DNA from: Alphaproteobacteria bacterium
GTDB lineage: Bacteria; Pseudomonadota; Alphaproteobacteria; Rs-D84
Reading direction: 5' to 3'
DNA length: 34,822 bases
Assembly: GCA_016285415.1 (NCBI GenBank)
Contig: JAEEQU010000001.1
Span: 1 to 34,822, forward strand
In this document: positions 25,713 to 34,520 of the stretch, in pieces
How the letters are laid out: each line of letters opens with the position of its first letter
Position numbering within the stretch: the first letter of the stretch is position 1
The notes under the pieces: generated by a model
Database searches by the model: none
What the model was told of the DNA's origin: nothing
The model's input: the letters and a program-made list of their open reading frames with translations, nothing else
Program-made: the position numbers and the translations under genes

Positions 25713-26129
25713 TTATTTACGTGCTGCACCGAACCTGTTTTTCTTAGCATCTCCCTCACTTGCCATGAACACCAACAGTACAATCCAGCCAACTATTGGC
25801 AACAACGCCCACAACACATTCCAATTTGACCGATTTGTATCGTGCAAACGACGCGCCGCCAAACAGAACCCCGGCACCAATGTCGCGCACCACCATACCA
25901 TAGACACAAGCCAATCAAGCGATTTAAAGAATGTATATATCGCATCAGAATTATAAATAATTCCACAAAATGTTCCCACAAAATTCAAGCAAAACGATAT
26001 AACAAACGGGATAAGGAAATAGTAAAACAAAACCACCCACCAATATTCACTGCGCCGTGCGCGACCCCATCCAGTATAATCAACCCAAAAATTCTTTAAT
26101 GCAAACCCCAGTGTTCCAGTATTAGCCAT
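25713..26129 (-). CDS. DUF805-family inner membrane protein
   Basis: GRARRSEYWW and RRLHDTNRSNW signatures, four TM helices, AGGAG RBS. Confidence 0.85.
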   Translation of the reverse strand: MANTGTLGFALKNFWVDYTGWGRARRSEYWWVVLFYYFLIPFVISFCLNFVGTFCGIIYNSDAIYTFFKSLDWLVSMVWWCATLVPGFCLAARRLHDTNRSNWNVLWALLPIVGWIVLLVFMASEGDAKKNRFGAARK

Positions 26130-26269
26130 TTTTTCTCCTTTTTGTCTTATGTAAACTTATTTGCACGACGCATTTATGATTTCTCTTGGAATATTATACT
26201 GCAATCAGTTGATATTATCAACAAATAACATACCACTCAAATACACTAAAATTTATGAAGAATTTTATA

Positions 26270-26343
26270 TGGTGCCCTAAGCAAGAATCGGACTTGCGAC
26301 TCGTCCTTACCAAGGACGTGTTTTACCACTAGACTATTAGGGC
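26270..26343 (-). tRNA. tRNA-Thr (anticodon GGU), CCA encoded
   Basis: Reverse complement: GCCCTAA TA GTCT AGTGGTA AAAC A CGTCC TTGGTAA GGACG AGTC GCAAG TCCGATT CTTGC TTAGGGC A CCA. It has a 7-bp acceptor stem, 5-bp anticodon and T stems, and one C-A mismatch in the D stem. The T loop reads TCCGATT rather than TTCRANN. Confidence 0.75.
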
Positions 26344-26363
26344 TACTTACAAATCACCCCCCG

Positions 26364-26391
26364 ATTATACGCAACACCACGTAAAAATCAA
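26364..26391 (-). promoter_or_regulatory. Promoter of tRNA-Thr
   Basis: Minus strand: TTGATT (26391-26386), 16 nt, TATAAT (26369-26364), followed by a G-rich discriminator CGGGGGG. Confidence 0.6.
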
Positions 26392-26407
26392 GTAAAAAGC
26401 ATTTTGT

Positions 26408-26438
26408 AAAAAAGTTCTCTAATTTGAGAACTTTTTTT
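26408..26438 (-). terminator. Intrinsic terminator after the pal-like gene
   Basis: AAAAAAGTTCTC-taattt-GAGAACTTTTTT overlapping the stop codon. Confidence 0.75.
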
Positions 26439-26823
26439 ATTTAATAGTAATATCAACACGACGATGTTCTTCGTATGGCTCTCCCCGTTCGGTTCCATGC
26501 CACTTGATTTTAATACGATCCTTGGCAACACCTTTTTTTACCAAATGACTACGAATTTTTTCTACACGGCGTTTTGACAGGTCCATATTATATGCATCAC
26601 GACCTGTTTCATCGGCATATCCATTTAGTTCAATTGTTTTGAAACGGTGCCCCGCCATGTATATTGCCCCATCATCCAGCTGCGTCAAAGAATCCGGCAA
26701 GATTTCTACAGAATTGTGTTTAAAGAACACTGGTGCCTTGGCATTTCGTTCGTGCCTCGCACAATCCCCAGCGCACGCCACCAACCCCAGTGCCAATAAA
26801 CAACATACGAAAATATTTTTCAT
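26437..26823 (-). CDS. OmpA-family peptidoglycan-binding lipoprotein (Pal-like)
   Basis: Lipobox LGLVAC. OmpA_C motif NGYADETGRDAYNMDLSKRRVEKIRSHLVKKGV. Confidence 0.85.
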   Translation of the reverse strand: MKNIFVCCLLALGLVACAGDCARHERNAKAPVFFKHNSVEILPDSLTQLDDGAIYMAGHRFKTIELNGYADETGRDAYNMDLSKRRVEKIRSHLVKKGVAKDRIKIKWHGTERGEPYEEHRRVDITIK

Positions 26824-26890
26824 ACACGAATCCTTTTGATTATTTTTTATATGGGGATTTTACCAAGCCCCATATAATCTATCATATACA

Positions 26891-27931
26891 TCACATGCCA
26901 AGTCCAAATGTCACACCTGCACGGAACGCCCAATCTTTTGTGCCGGCATATGATGCACCAAGATTCATCAACACATGATCATTAAAGTAATGGAATCCAC
27001 CAAGTGCAACACCAACACGGTCAGAATATATACCCGTACCAACAGACAATTGGGTATTTCCACAATCACGCGCATTTGGCACCAACGCCGATAAAGCGGA
27101 CATTGCGGCTAACCCACTTTTCATACTATATTCAACCTTGTGTATATCGTGTTCAACATCACGAATATTGGCATCTAAACTACGAACTGCATCACTTAAA
27201 CTGGTTGCCGCAGATATATACTTTGTTCCTGAAAAATCCATATCACCAATTAAGTTACCTGTTGTATTAAACGCGGTGGACAAATCTGTTGCAACCGCAT
27301 TATTGATTGCAGTATTAGATGATGTCAATGCCATACGATTACCGATAACCGCGTCTATCATATCCAAATCTGATGTTAAATCGTTCCCAGACAAATTGCC
27401 GTTGGTGTTGGCAACATTATGATAATCACCAATAACCGTATCTATCGCGGTCAAATTCTGATTCACTGTATAGGTCAAACCCACAACATTTGTGCTGGTT
27501 ACCGCGGTACCAACATTACTTGCCACCTGATTAACCGCACCCATCAGATTGGTGGCGCTAACATTGTTTTGATATTTTACCGCACCATTATTTACGATGG
27601 TTGCTGACCATGTGCCATCGGCTGCAAATGTTCCACCCATTGCACTTGCCACATTTGTTGCCAATGCATCAACCGCATTTGTAATATCGGTATTTGTTCC
27701 ACCAAACGCGTTGTTTGTAATTGACCCAAGCGCACCCATGGCATCCAACGCATCTTGCAGGCCGGCCGTATCAGAAATCGCAAGACCTGTTACATCAACT
27801 GTTGGCTGTTCTGTGAATGCGGTATCCGTTGAATCTTTTCCACCCGACGTTGTTAAAACCGTAGCCATCGCAGCGTTGCCAACAACAAATGACAACACAA
27901 CAATAGAACTAACTAAACAAAGTTTCTTCAT
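26891..27931 (-). CDS. Short YadA-type trimeric autotransporter adhesin
   Basis: Signal peptide, Asn/Thr/Ala-rich stalk, and a C-terminal four-strand anchor GLAAMSALSAL...QLSVGTGIYSDRVGVALGGFHYFN...LMNLGASYAG...AFRAGVTFGLGM. Confidence 0.8.
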   Translation of the reverse strand: MKKLCLVSSIVVLSFVVGNAAMATVLTTSGGKDSTDTAFTEQPTVDVTGLAISDTAGLQDALDAMGALGSITNNAFGGTNTDITNAVDALATNVASAMGGTFAADGTWSATIVNNGAVKYQNNVSATNLMGAVNQVASNVGTAVTSTNVVGLTYTVNQNLTAIDTVIGDYHNVANTNGNLSGNDLTSDLDMIDAVIGNRMALTSSNTAINNAVATDLSTAFNTTGNLIGDMDFSGTKYISAATSLSDAVRSLDANIRDVEHDIHKVEYSMKSGLAAMSALSALVPNARDCGNTQLSVGTGIYSDRVGVALGGFHYFNDHVLMNLGASYAGTKDWAFRAGVTFGLGM

Positions 27932-28284
27932 TTCTTACCCTTTTGATTTTTTGCTTCTTGTGAAACTTGCTGAATTGGGCGGCAAACCGATACGGCCAAC
28001 GAAATATTACGCGCGGTTACATCATCTGTGAATTCAAGAATATTTGTATGTGGGCGAGTACGCAATTCTTTTGAAAAACGTGCAAAGACACGTACTTCTT
28101 TATCACTTAACCTGTTATCAATAATATTGGAAAAACACGCGCAATCCATTCCACCCCCTGGCAAACACTGGGATTTTAATGACCGACGCACGCGCCAATT
28201 AGATGTCGCAGACAACAATATTATTACTAACAGGCAGACAAGCCCAGCACATACATACAACATGTTTTTCTTTGATAGTTTCAT
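27928..28284 (-). CDS. Small membrane-anchored protein co-transcribed with the adhesin
   Basis: A 118-aa ORF with one N-terminal TM helix, a GGAAGG RBS and an ATGA overlap with the adhesin start. Confidence 0.55.
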   Translation of the reverse strand: MKLSKKNMLYVCAGLVCLLVIILLSATSNWRVRRSLKSQCLPGGGMDCACFSNIIDNRLSDKEVRVFARFSKELRTRPHTNILEFTDDVTARNISLAVSVCRPIQQVSQEAKNQKGKK

Positions 28285-28441
28285 TTGTGACCTTCCTTTG
28301 TTTTGCCCGAATTCACGGGGATTTTATATATTAAACCCCACCTACGTGAGAAACTTTACCCAAATCCAAAGCGCAGGTCAAGATATAATCACCCCCAAAC
28401 AATGTTGTGCCCAATAAAACAAATTATATTTTAATATATTG

Positions 28442-29149
28442 TTAATCTATACGCATTTTGCGTAAAATAATTTTATGCTCATCAGATACACGATATGATT
28501 CTATTGCCTTTTGAATTGCGCGATTATGCGTCCATGGGTCCAATGTCCTGCCCTTAAAATACGGCAAAATATTATTCCATTGTTTTGCCGCAGCGGTCGC
28601 AAAATACCACGCACGCATCATATTTATATAATATTCATCTGATTTTATATTGGCGACCATATCTGAATATTTTGTGTCAAATTTATCGTCCAAAAAATAC
28701 CGCATTAAACATAGTACCGCAAACCGCACCGTATAGATATGTTTTGATTTAATCCATTTTTTTATAAACGGCAATAATTTATCTGCATTTTTTACAAATA
28801 CCCGTGGCGACATTTGGTCACATGTGGCCCAATTATCAACGTATGGCAAAAAAGTATCCACCGCAGATGCGGCCAAATCAAAATCACGAATATCAGAAAT
28901 TATAAATGCATGCAGTTGGTTTTCTTCAAAATACCCATGTGGCATATTTTTAAGAAATTCTGCCGAATTATCACACATATTGCGTGCCATTGCACGCAAC
29001 GCGGGCGTTCGCACACCGATAACACGCGCCACATCAATGGTTGGAATTAACCCTGACTGAAAATCACGATATGCCACATCTTGTAATGCATACAGTGATT
29101 TTACTATATCGGTTTGTACACTTTTTATTCCAGGTTTTCTTTTATCCAT
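28442..29149 (-). CDS. DNA alkylation repair protein (AlkD/AlkC-like HEAT-repeat glycosylase family)
   Basis: YRDFQSGLIPT...VIGVRTPALRAMARNM, FEENQLHAF, VDNWATCDQMSP. Confidence 0.8.
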   Translation of the reverse strand: MDKRKPGIKSVQTDIVKSLYALQDVAYRDFQSGLIPTIDVARVIGVRTPALRAMARNMCDNSAEFLKNMPHGYFEENQLHAFIISDIRDFDLAASAVDTFLPYVDNWATCDQMSPRVFVKNADKLLPFIKKWIKSKHIYTVRFAVLCLMRYFLDDKFDTKYSDMVANIKSDEYYINMMRAWYFATAAAKQWNNILPYFKGRTLDPWTHNRAIQKAIESYRVSDEHKIILRKMRID

Positions 29150-29643
29150 TTTTCAACCGCATCACGCGCATTGGCAACATTTGAACCATACAGCGCCAAT
29201 CCGTTTTTAATTTTTGCGCCTTTTAACATATTCTTTAAATCTTCAACACTTTCCCCCAGATTTGAACCTTCGTGCGTAACAAACGGCATAATTATTTTTC
29301 CTGTAAAATCATACCGTTCTAAAAATGTAAAAATTGCCATTGGGTATGTTCCCCACCATACTGGGCCACCAACAAAAATCACATCATATTCTGACAAATC
29401 ACCGGTCGGTATTTTTTTTAGTGTTGGACGCGCACCTTTGTTTTTTTCCTGTTTTGCGATATCGGTACATTCGTTATAGTCATTTGGATATTCATTTTTT
29501 GTTTCTATTTTAAAAATATCTGCATGCATAATATCACGAATATATTCGGCAACAACCTCGGTATTACCCTTAACCAAATTAACAATTCCACCACCGAACC
29601 AATTCTGACCAGTATGTGAAAAATATACAACCAATGACTTCAT
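29125..29643 (-). CDS. Flavodoxin-like protein
   Basis: MKSLVVYFSHTGQN FMN-binding start, 172 aa, GGGGGAAG RBS. It overlaps the downstream alkD-like start by 25 nt. Confidence 0.8.
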   Translation of the reverse strand: MKSLVVYFSHTGQNWFGGGIVNLVKGNTEVVAEYIRDIMHADIFKIETKNEYPNDYNECTDIAKQEKNKGARPTLKKIPTGDLSEYDVIFVGGPVWWGTYPMAIFTFLERYDFTGKIIMPFVTHEGSNLGESVEDLKNMLKGAKIKNGLALYGSNVANARDAVEKWIKENLE

Positions 29644-29808
29644 TTATCTTCCCCCTTTTTCCATGCAATAATACACAATTTCAAAAAAAGTTTTAATAAA
29701 AATTTTACTTGCCACCAATGCCTTGATATATGGGTCAAAAAATGATATAATATTGGCTGGCGGGGTATGCCATATTTTACCCTTAATAAAGGAAAGGAAA
29801 CAGTAACA

Positions 29809-32800
29809 ATGTCAAAAATATATACCGAAGCAGAATTACAACATTTCTTGGATTTGTATGCCGATGACCTAACACGCATTGATGCAATTGCCACAGCGAC
29901 CGAGTTTTTAAACGATTTTGTAAAAGAAGAAGCGGATATTGAAGAAAGTGCATATAAAGAAAGTGATATTTTTGACAAAATCATCAAAACATTTTGCGGC
30001 ACCCCCCTACCAGACGGTGGCATAAAACTTAATGAACTGGGTGCCCAGGCGCTTGCGCGGTACGAATCAATTATTAATCGTGCTGCAACAATCGCGAACA
30101 AATCAGATCCAAACGATATTTACCAATTTACATCTGACCAAAATCAAATTATGTTTAATTTGGTAACATTGTCTGTATATCGTGACATGAAATTGGTTGA
30201 TCCGTCTGTTGATGCCAACAAAATGACACCCGGCCAAGTCGCAGATTTAATTGATTCCGTCAATTTAACCGATGATCAGCGCAAAGAATATTCCAACAGA
30301 TTCATTGACCTTATATTAAAAACACCAGATTTGTTTGAAAAAACGCCACCCAAGATATTAACAGATGCATACATTTTTGTACGCGAACAACTTATGGCGA
30401 ACCGAACCGACAAAGATTTGGAAAATCGGTTTAAAATCTTGGCCCAGCGCATAGATTTCCTTATAACTGGATTCGCACAAAAAATAAATTATTTTTATTC
30501 CGACCCGTCAAACATCGCAGATGTATGGGAAGGATATAACAAAATGTGCACGGTACGCAGGGCCGATTTGCGTATTACGAAACATGATAACGACGCAGAA
30601 AAGAAATACAAAGCAGATGTTGACAAGGCCGCACAGGAAACTGTGGAACGTTTGCGCGAAATCGTGGCAATGTATGAATATATGTGGAATTTAAAAGATT
30701 TAAAACCCGAAGACGCCGAAAAATTACAAAAACGCTGGCAAGAACTTTCAGACGCACTGCGGGGTGTTGAATTAACAGATGATATTCTTGCCACACTGGC
30801 ACAATATAAATTCTTGGATGAGAAAGGTGACCCCCTGCCCCAGTTCCTAGATAAAGATGGCAAACCGCAACTTGAATTTAAACCGGGGTATAAGTTAAAT
30901 CCAGATGGTCGGCTTTATCGCGTAATATCATTGGCAAAAACAGATGTCACCATGCAGAACGTCGGTGATTTGGCCACCGCCGTCAAAGATATGAATTTGT
31001 CAGAGGCACTGTCAGACCGTGTTCCATGGAAAGTTGCCGAAATATCACTTGTTGACCGTGCTGTCCAAGGTATAGAAGCAAATCCACATCGTATGCTAGA
31101 ACAAGACGAAGTGGATGCTCTGTGGCAAGAAATAGAAAAAGATGGGGGCAGTATTACTGATGCTGGATACCAGGCCGCCCTTGATGCCCAGGTTAATCAG
31201 GCCGGTGGTTTTGCTGGATTAATGGCGCAACATGTTGGACGTGATAAACCGGTTGTTATGCGTCCATTTGAATCTGTCCAAGATATTGATAAATTGGCGA
31301 AAACACGAACCGAAAAAATTGGTGCCGGGGAACGCAGACAGAAAATTGGTTTCTTTAAACGTATGTTAAAGAATTTCGGCGCCGCCGCGGTGTTTTCCGC
31401 CGGACTAACATTTATTGGCAAGGCAACTGGTATTGCATGGGCGGGCGCAGCAGTTGGAACCACACTTGGTATTGGTAACATGGTATACCAAGGTTTTAAA
31501 TGGCGTCGCGAACAGAAAAAACTTGGCAAACCAAAAGAACAATATGGCCTAAAGGCATATTTTTCTGATAAACGCAATTGGGGACCGGCGATTGCATCGG
31601 GTCTTGGGGTTGCGGCGGTAATTAGTATGGCAACTGGAAATCCAGAATTGGCCGCTGGGTTCGGTATTGGTGCAATGGCTGTTGGTGGTGGATCTGGGGC
31701 GGCAATGACATACAAAGATGCACTTGCCGCTGGTTATACACGTGGTCAGGCATTGGCGGGCGCATTGGGTGTTATGGGCGCAACCGTTGCCGGTGGTTTT
31801 GCGGGACGTGCGGCAATGAACGGTCTTGTCAATTATGTCAACACCAATACAGACAGTACACTGTTCCGCACCGAACACCAAATTGTAACTACACACGAAA
31901 CCACACAAAACCAATATCCTGATGGTTGGATAGAAGGTAATGAACATACACTTTCACAATGGGAAAGCCCACAAATGCTAGAGGCACATATAAATGGCCT
32001 AATGGACGCGGGGTTATCGCATGATGACGCGGTTCGTTATTTACTTGCATGGCATGATGTAACCGATCATAATTTGGGCGGTGGTTATTTTGATAGTATT
32101 GGCATGAATTACAGTGATGTTGCGGCATTACGCGGTTCAATAAACGGCACAATGATAAATCTTACCCCAGAATCCATGTCTGCATTTAACCACTTTAATG
32201 ATTATATATCTGGAACAAATACCGTAAGATATCCGGCGGGTTTATTCCAACCATATCATACACCAATCAGTCATGTTCTGCCCCCGAACGCAACATGGGA
32301 TGCAAATGGGATGCTGGTTCCGGGAAATGATGTTTATTCAACATGGGTTAACTGGGGTGGCGATGGTGTACAACACATACCTGTTATCACCACAGATGTT
32401 AGCAGTGTCTTTACCCCCAATGAACTGATGTTCCCAGCGGGTATCGGCACATTGGGCATTTATGAACCCCGTGTAATCCCCGCTGATTATTTATTACGTA
32501 TGCGTGAACGCACCGGCACAACTGCGGATCACATTGCACAACTGGCGAACGGTGGTAATGGTGGCAATACGGGCGATATGGGTAATACGGGAAATACTGG
32601 TGGTGCAGGTAATACAGGAACCGGTGGCGGAACACCAACACTACCAACTGGTACGGGAACTGGTGGCGGCACCGGTCCAAATCCAACCGATACGGGAACC
32701 GGTGGCGGTACTGGTTCAACCCCAACGGATACAGGAACCGGCAATGGAACTGATCCACAACCCAAAAAACGCGGTTTCTTTGGCAAATTAAAAGATGCCA

Positions 32801-33630
32801 CATACAAAGTTTTACAAACCGGCTATCACGGCTTACAAAGAATACAAAAAGGAGTAAACAAAATGAAAACAGACCACATCAACAATCAAACAGAACGCGA
32901 GCTTGCGCGTCTTGAAGGCGAAAGACAAAAATCCAAAACTTTGGCCGAATTAACTAGGGAACGTTTAGAAGCCTACAAAGACATGGATATTGAAAGCATC
33001 CATGAATCAACATTACGTGAATCCGCCGCATTGGCCGCACTAAACGAAAGTTTGAAAAAACGTTTGGGCGAAAGAAGCTTAAAATTATATGCGGCCTTGA
33101 AAGAAGCTGAAACCCGACAAGATGCAAAAGCAGCTGCAACAATGGCTGCAAGTATACTGGACTACCAGATATTAAAAGCCAAATTAGACGCAATTAAAGA
33201 CATGGGTGATGAAGCAACAGTAAAAGCACTACTTAAGTTAAAAAGAGACATTGAGAAATACGAACAACAATCAGAAATTGATTTAGACGTTGCACGTCAA
33301 AAAGGCCAAAACAAAGTCCAAAGTATCAAAGATGATGGTCGCATTGACCACGCCAGACATGGTGGCTGGTTAAAAAATCTGGCTCAACGAATCAAGGGAA
33401 TTGCTGATAAAACACAAGCCGAGGTCGAAGAAAGGGAGATTGAGACTCACCTTGCAGAACAACGTATGGAACGGGTCAAGACAGAATCTGCAATAGACAT
33501 ACTAAAAGCCGCAACAGAACAAATTGAAAAATTGATGGCAATCCATGAATTTACAGATCAACAAAAACAAGAACTTGCGGCATTGATTCTGCAAGAAGCA
33601 AAAGACAAAATCAAAGGACAAGGAAAATAA
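29809..33630 (+). CDS. Giant orphan protein (1273 aa): helical N-region, glycine-zipper TM cluster, globular region, Gly/Thr/Asn repeat, C-terminal coiled coil
   Basis: A continuous ORF. I chose the ATG at 29809 because AAGGAAAGGAAA lies upstream. There is no N-terminal signal peptide. TM-like segments are encoded at about 31348-31830, the repeat at 32551-32763, and a Lys/Glu/Ala/Leu heptad-like tail from about 32860. Confidence 0.75.
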   Translation: MSKIYTEAELQHFLDLYADDLTRIDAIATATEFLNDFVKEEADIEESAYKESDIFDKIIKTFCGTPLPDGGIKLNELGAQALARYESIINRAATIANKSDPNDIYQFTSDQNQIMFNLVTLSVYRDMKLVDPSVDANKMTPGQVADLIDSVNLTDDQRKEYSNRFIDLILKTPDLFEKTPPKILTDAYIFVREQLMANRTDKDLENRFKILAQRIDFLITGFAQKINYFYSDPSNIADVWEGYNKMCTVRRADLRITKHDNDAEKKYKADVDKAAQETVERLREIVAMYEYMWNLKDLKPEDAEKLQKRWQELSDALRGVELTDDILATLAQYKFLDEKGDPLPQFLDKDGKPQLEFKPGYKLNPDGRLYRVISLAKTDVTMQNVGDLATAVKDMNLSEALSDRVPWKVAEISLVDRAVQGIEANPHRMLEQDEVDALWQEIEKDGGSITDAGYQAALDAQVNQAGGFAGLMAQHVGRDKPVVMRPFESVQDIDKLAKTRTEKIGAGERRQKIGFFKRMLKNFGAAAVFSAGLTFIGKATGIAWAGAAVGTTLGIGNMVYQGFKWRREQKKLGKPKEQYGLKAYFSDKRNWGPAIASGLGVAAVISMATGNPELAAGFGIGAMAVGGGSGAAMTYKDALAAGYTRGQALAGALGVMGATVAGGFAGRAAMNGLVNYVNTNTDSTLFRTEHQIVTTHETTQNQYPDGWIEGNEHTLSQWESPQMLEAHINGLMDAGLSHDDAVRYLLAWHDVTDHNLGGGYFDSIGMNYSDVAALRGSINGTMINLTPESMSAFNHFNDYISGTNTVRYPAGLFQPYHTPISHVLPPNATWDANGMLVPGNDVYSTWVNWGGDGVQHIPVITTDVSSVFTPNELMFPAGIGTLGIYEPRVIPADYLLRMRERTGTTADHIAQLANGGNGGNTGDMGNTGNTGGAGNTGTGGGTPTLPTGTGTGGGTGPNPTDTGTGGGTGSTPTDTGTGNGTDPQPKKRGFFGKLKDATYKVLQTGYHGLQRIQKGVNKMKTDHINNQTERELARLEGERQKSKTLAELTRERLEAYKDMDIESIHESTLRESAALAALNESLKKRLGERSLKLYAALKEAETRQDAKAAATMAASILDYQILKAKLDAIKDMGDEATVKALLKLKRDIEKYEQQSEIDLDVARQKGQNKVQSIKDDGRIDHARHGGWLKNLAQRIKGIADKTQAEVEEREIETHLAEQRMERVKTESAIDILKAATEQIEKLMAIHEFTDQQKQELAALILQEAKDKIKGQGK
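32551..32763 (+). repeat. In-frame imperfect tandem repeat encoding GGNGGNTGDMGNTGNTGGAGNTGTGGGTPTLPTGTGTGGGTGPNPTDTGTGGGTGSTPTDTGTGNGTDPQP
   Basis: Repeated GGT/GGC/ACN/AAT codon units. PTDTGTGGGTG occurs twice, with variants. Confidence 0.8.
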
Positions 33631-33644
33631 ATATAACCCAACAA

Positions 33645-33678
33645 AAAACAAGACCCAAATAAATGGGTCTTGTTTTTA
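33645..33678. terminator. Bidirectional intrinsic terminator after the giant gene
   Basis: AAAAA-ACAAGACCCA-aataaa-TGGGTCTTGT-TTTT. Confidence 0.8.
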
Positions 33679-33690
33679 ACAAAATCACCA

Positions 33691-33723
33691 AAAACAAAAT
33701 CGGGACATGCCCGATTTAATTTT
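33691..33723 (-). terminator. Intrinsic terminator of tRNA-Met
   Basis: Minus strand just after the tRNA CCA end: AAAATTAA-ATCGGG-catg-CCCGAT-TTTGTTTTT. Confidence 0.65.
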
Positions 33724-33798
33724 TGGTAGCGGCGAAGGGATTCGGACCCCTGACCAAAGGATTATGATTCCTCTGCTCTACCACTGAGCTACGCCGCC
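33724..33798 (-). tRNA. tRNA with CAU anticodon (elongator Met or Ile2; not an initiator), CCA encoded
   Basis: Reverse complement: GGCGGCG TA GCTC AGTGGTA GAGC A GAGGA ATCATAA TCCTT TGGTC AGGGG TCCGAAT CCCTT CGCCGCT A CCA. The 1-72 position is a G-U pair, and the anticodon stem lacks the three G-C pairs of an initiator. The T loop reads TCCGAAT. Confidence 0.8.
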
Positions 33799-33817
33799 AT
33801 ATCAAAATGACCGCATC

Positions 33818-33845
33818 ATTATAACAAACATTTTTCCAATTGCAA
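33818..33845 (-). promoter_or_regulatory. Promoter of tRNA-Met
   Basis: Minus strand: TTGCAA (33845-33840), 16 nt, TATAAT (33823-33818). Confidence 0.6.
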
Positions 33846-33955
33846 GAATTTCCATAAAATATATTGCCACTATGAATTTCTTCCGCTTTTTAAGATTTCT
33901 GAATTTATGTAACTTGGTTGTAAATTTTAATAAAATAGTGTATAATACCTATCTA

Positions 33956-34519
33956 ATGAAAAAATTTATTACTATTTTCTTATTATGTATAATTTCGATG
34001 CCCGCGGTCGCATCAAATGGGACGAACCCACTTATGCGGCATCATAAGAACCAATTGTCTTTTTACTTTGGTCAGGGTGTAAACAGCGGTTTTATTGTTC
34101 CACCGCCGACCCAATTTGTTCCATTTTATCTATTAAATCTGCAGTATTCACAATCTGCGACTTTCTTTGGCCTGCCGGCACGACAAACCATAGAATTGGG
34201 GCAAACGATTGGTTTCGCCGATAAATACGGGTGGCATTGGCGCGATTATACTATTCCGATGATACTTATATCTGGGGATGTTTTATTGGCCGATTTTAAC
34301 AAGTTTTATTTTACCGCTGGTGGTGGCGCCGGTCTTCAGGCCCAACAAAACGAACGTCTTGGTGCAAAATTATTATTCCAATTTAAACTGACGGCTGGTT
34401 GGCACATAAATAATAAATGGGGTATGGAATTTGCCATTAAGCATTTTTCAAACGCAAACACCGCACCCGAAAATTATTCTTATGCATTTTACGGACTTGG
34501 GGTAACATACAATTTTTAA
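33956..34519 (+). CDS. Outer-membrane acyloxyacyl hydrolase / lipid A 3-O-deacylase (PagL-like)
   Basis: Signal peptide MKKFITIFLLCIISMPAVA, a beta-barrel-like alternating pattern, HFSNA active-site-like motif and a C-terminal YGLGVTYNF. I prefer the ATG at 33956 to the track start. Confidence 0.65.
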   Translation: MKKFITIFLLCIISMPAVASNGTNPLMRHHKNQLSFYFGQGVNSGFIVPPPTQFVPFYLLNLQYSQSATFFGLPARQTIELGQTIGFADKYGWHWRDYTIPMILISGDVLLADFNKFYFTAGGGAGLQAQQNERLGAKLLFQFKLTAGWHINNKWGMEFAIKHFSNANTAPENYSYAFYGLGVTYNF

Positions 34520-34520
34520 T

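Noticed and set aside
29640-30101. A 153-aa minus-strand ORF spanning the flavodoxin/giant-gene intergenic region.
   Set aside because: It overlaps the well-supported 5' end of the giant ORF, including its RBS and start, and has no RBS or recognisable motif of its own.
32551-32763. A short-period DNA repeat, checked as a possible CRISPR or minisatellite.
   Set aside because: It is in frame within a continuous ORF, its units are degenerate 9-33 nt codon repeats, and there is no repeat-spacer architecture or cas genes.
31197-32807. Pro/Ala-rich minus-strand ORFs (31197-31715, 31549-31947, 32411-32803, 32529-32807).
   Set aside because: They are antisense shadows of the Gly-rich TM and GGT/GGC repeat regions of the giant gene, since Gly codons read as Pro/Ala on the other strand.
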